From positions 32,006 to 96,005 of the forward strand of contig CAVLBF010000005.1 of NCBI GenBank assembly GCA_963661285.1: a stretch of 64,000 nt of DNA, read 5' to 3'. The DNA is from Bacteroidaceae bacterium (GTDB taxonomy: Bacteria; Bacteroidota; Bacteroidia; Bacteroidales; UBA932). The stretch's first letter is position 1, and the number at the start of each line of letters is the position of its first letter. Below the pieces are notes generated by a model that worked only from the letters and a program-made list of their open reading frames with translations, was not told where the DNA came from and ran no database searches. A program made the position numbers and the translations under genes. This document shows, in pieces, positions 10,356 to 17,044 of this stretch.

Positions 10356-10697
10356 ATGAGGAGAGTGATAAGAAGTCGAGAGTTTGATGCGTTCTTTGAA
10401 TGGCTGCCCTCAAATGTTCAGGAGAAGGTGCTATATGCCCTATCCGTTATTGCTGACATCAAAGTTGTCAGCACCAAACTCGTCAAAAAACCAGTTGACA
10501 CCGAATTCTATGAGCTGCGCATAAGTATGAATAATGAGTACAGGGTGATTGTCTTGGCCATTGATTCGGACAGTTTTATTGAGAGCGGGCAGGTTCTGCT
10601 CCTCAACGGCTTCGTGAAGAAATCCACGAAGGACTACAGGCGGGAGGTAGATAAGGCGAGAAGGATAGTGAATTTATTGGAAACCGAGAAGATATGA
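10356..10697 (+). CDS. Type II TA toxin, RelE/HigB (Gp49-like) family
   Basis: 113 aa; FYELRI...NEYRV...LLLNGFVKKS; upstream of and overlapping an HTH gene. Confidence 0.85.
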   Translation: MRRVIRSREFDAFFEWLPSNVQEKVLYALSVIADIKVVSTKLVKKPVDTEFYELRISMNNEYRVIVLAIDSDSFIESGQVLLLNGFVKKSTKDYRREVDKARRIVNLLETEKI

Positions 10698-11002
10698 TTG
10701 ACAAAGACAAGTTGCGCACCCTTCCTACAGTGGAGGATATGCTGGCGGAAAGATATGGAGAGAAAGGCTCCGGGACGAGAGATGCGTTTGACGCAAAGGC
10801 TCTTGCCTGGTATTATGCCGAAGTGCTCAAGGATGCCCGCAAGTCAGCAGGACTGACCCAGCGCCAGTTGGCCGAGAAAATCGGCAAGAAGCGCGAATAT
10901 GTCGCTATGCTCGAAAAGGGGGAGACGGATATGCAACTCTCTACATTCATAATGATGTCCGAAGCGCTCGGACTGAAGTTGACTTTGACCGACAGCAGAT
11001 AG
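10694..11002 (+). CDS. XRE-family HTH antitoxin (HigA-like)
   Basis: LKDARKSAGLTQRQLAEKIGKKREYVAMLEKG; ATGA overlap with the toxin. Confidence 0.88.
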   Translation: MIDKDKLRTLPTVEDMLAERYGEKGSGTRDAFDAKALAWYYAEVLKDARKSAGLTQRQLAEKIGKKREYVAMLEKGETDMQLSTFIMMSEALGLKLTLTDSR

Positions 11003-11184
11003 ACAGCACCGAACCATATGCGGATGCCGGGCTTCTGCCGCCGAACTGCTTGCGTAAGAAACACTGTGCCGGTCGCAGTCCCAGGTACTTTGCCCAAAGC
11101 AAGTCAATCTCGGAAAAAATGTAATAAAGTAAAAATATTCGGTCGAAAAAATGAATCTTTGCGCGGATAATAGTGATTATTAGG

Positions 11185-11322
11185 ATGTTAAAGAGAAAGA
11201 TTGAAATGCTCCCCCTGTATATGGGATTTCTGCTTGCCGGGAATGACTCCGCTGACAATATCGCGGATGTTGACATAGCCGGATTGGATGATAGACTCTC
11301 GAGTCTGCTTGAGAACTCATAA
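11185..11322 (+). pseudogene. 45-aa remnant, probably an internally deleted AAA/DUF4143-type ATPase gene
   Basis: MLKRKIE-MLPLYMGFLLAGNDSADNIADVDIAGLDDRLSSLLENS*; start and LPLYM tail resemble the two ends of this family; GAATCTTTG promoter-like element upstream. Confidence 0.5.
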
Positions 11323-11358
11323 TCAGAAAAACTCCAATTAACATTTCGTAAATATACC

Positions 11359-11381
11359 GCTTTGAATTTGAAATTCAAAGC
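11359..11381. promoter_or_regulatory. Perfect 23-bp palindrome (operator-like)
   Basis: GCTTTGAATTT-G-AAATTCAAAGC. Confidence 0.55.
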
Positions 11382-11460
11382 AAGACTCCGCAAGTTTTCG
11401 GCATCCAGGCTGCGGTCGCGCGTGCTCGCACATTGCTGCCGCTTCCGGACTTGCCATAGT

Positions 11461-11589
11461 TGCCGTCCAGGTAGGGAGTTCCGGGCAGATTCATTCCCTA
11501 TCTGGATTTTGCGGAGGCCCTGAAAGCCCTTCTGCGGCAGATGCCGTCTCCAGGTGGGGAAGTTCCGGCCCGGAAATGTCCCCACCTGG
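11461..11589. repeat. Two related REP-like hairpin elements
   Basis: CCAGGTAGGGA..TCCCTATCTGG (11467-11505) and CCAGGTGGGGA..TCCCCACCTGG (11550-11589); both preceded by TGCCGT and with GTTCCGG in the loop. Confidence 0.7.
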
Positions 11590-11668
11590 CCCGTCCCCTT
11601 TCAGACCGCAGTGAAGCTCCGCGCCGCAAAAAAGAGAATGACCCTTTTTTGGTCTCCCTCCCACGTAT

Positions 11669-12943
11669 TCAGGGGCGCAGGCAGCCGACAGGGATTACAT
11701 AGACACCGTCTTTGCGCTGATAGGCATATTCCCCGACCGCAGTCAGCACCAAAAGAAACGATGGGCTTCTCATCTTGTCGGAATCTATCTTGCCGGACAG
11801 TTCTTTCAGCGATGTCGCCGCCTTCTCGACATTATCGGCTCCTCCAAGCTTAATCTCCGTCAGACCATACCTGCCGTCGCGAAGATGAACCACGGCATCG
11901 CATTCAAGCCCGGAGGAGTCGCGGTAGTGGCATACTTCTCCTATAAGCGCGTCCGCATAGACCCGCAGGTCACGTGCGGCGAGAGATTCGAAATACAAGC
12001 CGAACGTGTGCAGGTCTCCAATCAGGTCTGAAGGCCCTATGGACAGAGCTGCGGTGGCGATGCTCGGATCGACGAAATATCTGCTGTCGGATGATTGGAC
12101 GGTAGTCTTGCTCCTGAGGTTGGGATTCCACGCCGGCATATCTTCCAGCACAAACAGCTTTTTGAGAGCATCGGCGTAGTCCGAGACCGTCTCGTACGAT
12201 ATGTCGGCATTGTCGTTCTCCTTGATGTCGCGACACATCTTTGAGAAACTGGTTGCCGTACCCACATTTCTTGCATAGGAACGCATCAGCAGCCTCGCTC
12301 TTTCGCTGCTCCGCCTGACATTGTCTATTCGATGGATGTCAACTTTGTAGATGGTCTCAAAGTAGTCTCCGGCCTGGTCGAGCGCAAGGTCGCCGGAGAG
12401 GAAAGTTGACATCGGCCAGCCGCCGCGGCAAATCAGGAAAGCGATTTCTTCCAGACTTAGAGGATTGGTCTGCAACTCTATGCTCTTGCCTTCGAATAAG
12501 TCTTTCAGCGAGACGGAACCGGAGCTTTCTCCTGATTCCCAAAGACTCATAGGGCGCATATTCAGCCAGGCGTAACGCCCGCTGCCGCTGTGCTTTCTCT
12601 TACTCTCATCTATAGGGACACTGCTCCCCGTAAGGATGAACTGGCCGAAAGCGCCGCGATCGTCAACTTCGCCGCGAATCATATCCCAGAGTTCCGGAAT
12701 TGATTGCCATTCGTCAATCAGGCGCGGCGTCTCTCCTTGAAGCAAAGCCGTAGGCCGGATCTGCAGCGTCAGCAGCGCATCGTCCAGCACATTGGTCTTG
12801 CCGAGGTCAAGGATACTCTTGGAAATCTGCTTTGCCGTGGTGGTTTTACCGCACCATTTAGGCCCTTGTACCAAAACGGCTCCTTTGCCCGCCAGCTTCC
12901 GCTTCAGGAGGGCATCGGCTATTCGTGGCTTGTACGTGTCCAT
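11669..12943 (-). CDS. ATP-binding protein, AAA_14 + DUF4143
   Basis: Walker A GPKWCGKTT, Walker B LIDEWQ, FILTGS, YFVDPSI, HYRDSSGLECDAV..EIKLG (PD-(D/E)XK-like tail). Confidence 0.9.
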   Translation of the reverse strand: MDTYKPRIADALLKRKLAGKGAVLVQGPKWCGKTTTAKQISKSILDLGKTNVLDDALLTLQIRPTALLQGETPRLIDEWQSIPELWDMIRGEVDDRGAFGQFILTGSSVPIDESKRKHSGSGRYAWLNMRPMSLWESGESSGSVSLKDLFEGKSIELQTNPLSLEEIAFLICRGGWPMSTFLSGDLALDQAGDYFETIYKVDIHRIDNVRRSSERARLLMRSYARNVGTATSFSKMCRDIKENDNADISYETVSDYADALKKLFVLEDMPAWNPNLRSKTTVQSSDSRYFVDPSIATAALSIGPSDLIGDLHTFGLYFESLAARDLRVYADALIGEVCHYRDSSGLECDAVVHLRDGRYGLTEIKLGGADNVEKAATSLKELSGKIDSDKMRSPSFLLVLTAVGEYAYQRKDGVYVIPVGCLRP

Positions 12944-13009
12944 AATGTTGCAAATCAGAAAGATTAACGATGCAAAGATACAGATTTAGACGAAGAATCC
13001 AAGCGCCGC

Positions 13010-13101
13010 TCCGCAAGTTCTGACTGATTTATTCCGCAAGTTTTCGGCGTTTCATTCCGCAACTTTTGACCGATTCGTTCCGCAAGTTTTCGGAATCCCT
13101 G
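13010..13101. repeat. Four direct repeats at exact 23-bp spacing
   Basis: TCCGCAA(G/C)TT starts at 13010, 13033, 13056 and 13079, upstream of the minus-strand TATCTTTG (12980-12973). Confidence 0.85.
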
Positions 13102-13197
13102 CTGCGGCAGGGACTCCAGCCCGCACTGGAACCGGGCCTTCCTCCGCAGGCAGTCCGGCGGCATCAGTCGAATGTTAGCATAGTGTTGAAAAATCAC

Positions 13198-13205
13198 TAT
13201 CTTTG
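13198..13205 (+). promoter_or_regulatory. -7 promoter element for the nuclease/TonB operon
   Basis: TATCTTTG 35 nt before ATG 13241. Confidence 0.65.
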
Positions 13206-13240
13206 TAGGTTAAGGAATAACGACAAGCTAATATACGACA

Positions 13241-14821
13241 ATGAAAACAAGACATCTTTTATCAATCATCGCGGCGGCTGCGGCATCTTTCGCGGCTTGC
13301 CAGAAGCCTGTGGACCTCGGGCCCGAAAAGGTGGAAATAGATTCTGAGGCCAGCATCGAAATGCCTGCGGAGGGTCAGGAGCTGACAGTCAAGCTCACCG
13401 CCACGGTGGACTGGGCGCTTCAGGGCTACAGCTCAGAAGTGCAGGAGTGGCTCAGCATCTCTCCGGAGAGCGGAAAGGCTGCCGCCGACGCGCAGACCAT
13501 CACCATCAAGGCCCTCAAGAACGAGGGCGTTGAGCGCAGCGCGAGCATCGTATTCTACGGCAATATCCTCTGCAAAGCCCCTCTGACCATCACGCAGAAA
13601 GGAACGATAGAGAAAGGAGCCAAGGGCAGCGGTACCCTCGCCGATCCGTACAACGCTGAGGCGGCCAATGCCAAGTGCGCCGAAATAGGCTCAACTGCCA
13701 GCACCGAGAATTACTATGTCAAGGGCAAGATATCCAAAATCTCCGAACTCAGCGTTGACTTCGGCAACGCGACATTCTATATCTCCGATGGCGGCACCAC
13801 CGGGGAGGAGCAGTTCTGTGTCTATCGCGCGTATTATCTGAGCGGAGCAAAATTCACTTCCGAAGACCAGATCAAGGTCGGCGATGAAGTGGTGGTCAAA
13901 GGAAAACTCATCAATTACAAAGGCAACACCCCTGAACTCAATCAGGGCGGCCAGATCGTGAGCATCAACGGCGAAGGCGGAGACGAGGGAGAACCGGTGG
14001 CGGAGCCTACCTCCGCGACCAAAGTGAGCATCGAGGAATTCAAAGAGAAGACGGTCAATACCACCGACTGGTATGAACTTACCGGAAAAATCATCAGCAT
14101 CGCAGGCGCCTCGTACGGCAACATCACCATCGAGGATGAGAGCGGCAGCGTGTATGTCTATGGCGTAGTCAAGGCCTGGGCTGACGGCAAGAACGACCAG
14201 TCGTTCGCGTCCATCGGACTCAAGGTGACCGATGTGGTGACCATCTGGACGCTCCGTGCGGAATACAACGGCACCGCTCAGGCGGGCGGCACCACTCCTG
14301 CCATCTACAAGTCCCACGAGGCCGGCCAGGGGGAGACGTACCCTGAAGGCTCGGTTATACTCAAATTCCCGGATGACAACAGCGAGAACAACAAGGTAAA
14401 TGTCTATACCAAGACGTGGACGGCCAAAATCGGCTCCAACGAGTTTGCCATCGCCAACTTCAACAACAACAACTGGGGCTGGTCCTACATCAAGTGCGGC
14501 TCTAAAAATGGAGATTCTGTCGCGAGCATCTTTACCGCCACTCCTATTGCGGTCAAAATCACCAAGTTGCAGCTTACCGTTGACGCGTACAATGCCGAAT
14601 ATGTAAATTCGCTGACATTCAATGTCTATAGCGATTCCGCCAAGGCCACCAAGGTGCTCTCTCAGGTCGCTTCCGACCCTAAGGCCGGCATCATCGAATT
14701 TGCAATCGATGCCGACAAGCAGGCTGCGGGCCTCTACTACGAGATTGAATTCAACTGCAAGCAGTCAAGTAGTAACGGACCGGTCCAGATATCAAAAGTA
14801 GTTTATTTTGCAGCCGAGTAA
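13241..14821 (+). CDS. Surface lipoprotein with BACON and two OB-fold-like repeats
   Basis: Lipobox FAAC; BACON-like WLSISPESG...NEGVERSA; GSGTLADPYN; YYVKGKISKI...GNATFYISD...VGDEVVVKGKLINYKG. Confidence 0.75.
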   Translation: MKTRHLLSIIAAAAASFAACQKPVDLGPEKVEIDSEASIEMPAEGQELTVKLTATVDWALQGYSSEVQEWLSISPESGKAAADAQTITIKALKNEGVERSASIVFYGNILCKAPLTITQKGTIEKGAKGSGTLADPYNAEAANAKCAEIGSTASTENYYVKGKISKISELSVDFGNATFYISDGGTTGEEQFCVYRAYYLSGAKFTSEDQIKVGDEVVVKGKLINYKGNTPELNQGGQIVSINGEGGDEGEPVAEPTSATKVSIEEFKEKTVNTTDWYELTGKIISIAGASYGNITIEDESGSVYVYGVVKAWADGKNDQSFASIGLKVTDVVTIWTLRAEYNGTAQAGGTTPAIYKSHEAGQGETYPEGSVILKFPDDNSENNKVNVYTKTWTAKIGSNEFAIANFNNNNWGWSYIKCGSKNGDSVASIFTATPIAVKITKLQLTVDAYNAEYVNSLTFNVYSDSAKATKVLSQVASDPKAGIIEFAIDADKQAAGLYYEIEFNCKQSSSNGPVQISKVVYFAAE

Positions 14822-15971
14822 AAGACTCTTCGCGCCCGCCGCGGCGGCGCTTGCCATACTGCTCTCCATAGTCTCCTGCGGCACAACGCAGGGGACTGTG
14901 GAGCAGGGCGAGGTGCTTCTGACCGTGCCTAATCCCGCTCTGAGTTCCGCCTCGGGCCAGCAGTTCATCAGGCTCACGGCTTTCTCTTCCTGGACTTTGA
15001 GTTTCGACTTCGGAGATTCGCAGGAGAGCTGGGCGAGCGTGGACAAGGCCTCCGGCAGCGGCAACGCCTCCGGAATTATCCTCTCCTGGGAGGCGAATCC
15101 CGGGGAGGAGGCGCGAAGCTGCACCCTGCGGCTGAAGTGTTCCGGCAGGGAGTCGGGCATCACGCTCTCCCAGAGCGGCAAGGGCAGTACCCCCGACCCG
15201 GATCCGCAGCCTGCGCCTGATGCAGGCTGGCTGGAACTTCCGGCGGTGAGCGATGAGGGTCTGAAGTTCTACAGCCACGATATGACCGTATCGGGCAAGA
15301 AGGTGCGCAACTACTCCTTCTTCTACGACAAGGAGGCGAAGCTCTCGTTCTGCGTGGCTTACCCTCTCAACAAGGGACTTATCGGCTCGGGAAGCCGCAC
15401 CGAAGCCTGGGGATACGACCCTCTGGTGTCTGACGATGACCAGCCTCTCCTCTTCAAAGGCTTTTCGAGGGGCTACGACCGAGGGCATCAGCTGCCCTCC
15501 GCCGACAGGTTGAGTGCCAATGAGTCCACTTTCTACTTTACCAATATGACCCCCCAGCGCAACGCGCTCAACGGCGGGGCCTGGGCGACTCTCGAAGGGA
15601 AAGTCAGAGGCTGGAGCTACCAGATGGACACCCTCTATGTGGTGACGGGTGCGGACTACAAGTCCTCCACCGAATACGCCTACGACAACAACGGCGTCGC
15701 GGTCAAGGTCCCGGTCGGCTACTTCAAGGCCCTGCTCGGCTACAAGAAGAGCGGCAGCATAGGGGCCGCCACCGGAGGCTATGTCGGCATAGCGTTCTAC
15801 TTCAAGCATCAGGAGTATTCCGACGATGCCATAATGTCCACGCAGTCGATGAGCATCGACGCTCTGGAGAAGCAGCTCGGAGGAGTGGACTTCTTCTGCA
15901 ATCTCCCCGACAAGATCGGCGCGGAGAAGGCCGCCGCGGTCGAATCCGCAGTCGACAGCTGGTGGAAATGA
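14808..15971 (+). CDS. Lipoprotein: BACON + DNA/RNA non-specific endonuclease (NucA/Serratia His-Me family)
   Basis: Lipobox IVSC; GYDRGHQLPSADR, FYFTNMTPQ, LNGGAWATLE, VPVGYFK. Confidence 0.92.
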   Translation: MQPSKRLFAPAAAALAILLSIVSCGTTQGTVEQGEVLLTVPNPALSSASGQQFIRLTAFSSWTLSFDFGDSQESWASVDKASGSGNASGIILSWEANPGEEARSCTLRLKCSGRESGITLSQSGKGSTPDPDPQPAPDAGWLELPAVSDEGLKFYSHDMTVSGKKVRNYSFFYDKEAKLSFCVAYPLNKGLIGSGSRTEAWGYDPLVSDDDQPLLFKGFSRGYDRGHQLPSADRLSANESTFYFTNMTPQRNALNGGAWATLEGKVRGWSYQMDTLYVVTGADYKSSTEYAYDNNGVAVKVPVGYFKALLGYKKSGSIGAATGGYVGIAFYFKHQEYSDDAIMSTQSMSIDALEKQLGGVDFFCNLPDKIGAEKAAAVESAVDSWWK

Positions 15972-15982
15972 AATCAGACACA

Positions 15983-17044
15983 ATGAAAAGGATAGTTTAC
16001 ATATTAGCCCTGCTTCTCGTGAGCCTCAGCGCCGGAGCGCAGAAGCACAACTATGTCATCGGATTCTACAATGTCGAGAATCTCTTCGACATCTACGACG
16101 ACCCGATAAAGAACGACAACGACTTCCTGCCTGACGGCAGCTACAAGTGGACGCAGGCCAAGTACGACAAGAAGATCAACAACATAGCCCGCGTCATCAA
16201 GGCGATGAAGGACGACAACGGAGTCTTCCACACCATACTCGGCCTCAGCGAGGTGGAGAACCGCCTCGTGGTGGAGGATCTCGTCTCCGCCGCCGACATA
16301 GCGGCTGCCAACTACCAGATAGTCCACTACGACAGCCCGGACCGCCGGGGAATCGACGTGGCGCTGATCTATCGTCCGGACCAGTTCAACTATCTGGACA
16401 GCGAGTCGATTCCGTTCTCTTTCGAGGGTACGGAAGTCCCGATTACTCTCAGCAAGGCCGAGCAGGAGGCGTTCCGCACCCGCGACATACTGATGGTCCA
16501 CGGCACCATCGAGGGGGAGCAGTTCGCGTTCTATGTGGCTCATCTTCCGTCCCGTGTGGGCGGCAAGGGCGGCGACCTGAGGTCTCTGGGTGCCGACATC
16601 ATCTACCGACATTCGCAGATGATGCAGCAGAAGTATCCGGGAATCAAGACAGTGGTGATGGGCGATATGAACGACAACCCTACCGATGAAAGCATCGCGC
16701 TGTGGCTGCACGGCAAGGGCGACATCAATGACGTAAAGCAGGGGGACTTCTTCTCCCCGTTCACCCGGATGCTCGCCGACGGCTACGGCTCGCTTGCATA
16801 TCAGGGCACCTGGAACATCTATGACATAATCCTTGCCGACTACAACCTCGCGGCGGCCCCTGACGGCGGGCTGCGGATCAGGAAGATTCACCGCAAGGGC
16901 TACTACGGGCGAGTGTTCAAGAAGCCGTTTATGACCCAGCAGAGCGGGCAGTACAAGGACACTCCGTTCCGCACATTCTCCAACGGGGCCTTTATCGGAG
17001 GTTACTCGGACCACTATCCAACTTACATAGTAATAGGTAAATGA
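15983..17044 (+). CDS. Secreted endonuclease/exonuclease/phosphatase (EEP, DNase I-like) protein
   Basis: Signal peptide; FYNVENLFD, GLSEVEN, RGIDVALIY, HLPSR, MGDMND, SDHYP. Confidence 0.92.
   Translation: MKRIVYILALLLVSLSAGAQKHNYVIGFYNVENLFDIYDDPIKNDNDFLPDGSYKWTQAKYDKKINNIARVIKAMKDDNGVFHTILGLSEVENRLVVEDLVSAADIAAANYQIVHYDSPDRRGIDVALIYRPDQFNYLDSESIPFSFEGTEVPITLSKAEQEAFRTRDILMVHGTIEGEQFAFYVAHLPSRVGGKGGDLRSLGADIIYRHSQMMQQKYPGIKTVVMGDMNDNPTDESIALWLHGKGDINDVKQGDFFSPFTRMLADGYGSLAYQGTWNIYDIILADYNLAAAPDGGLRIRKIHRKGYYGRVFKKPFMTQQSGQYKDTPFRTFSNGAFIGGYSDHYPTYIVIGK

Noticed and set aside
10947..11585. 212-aa minus-strand ORF in the hotspot
   Set aside because: It crosses hairpins, promoters and the antitoxin end and has no protein-like motif.
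13010..13101. Repeat array as a CRISPR
   Set aside because: The 23-bp period is too short for repeat plus spacer, the intervening sequences resemble each other, and no cas gene is present.
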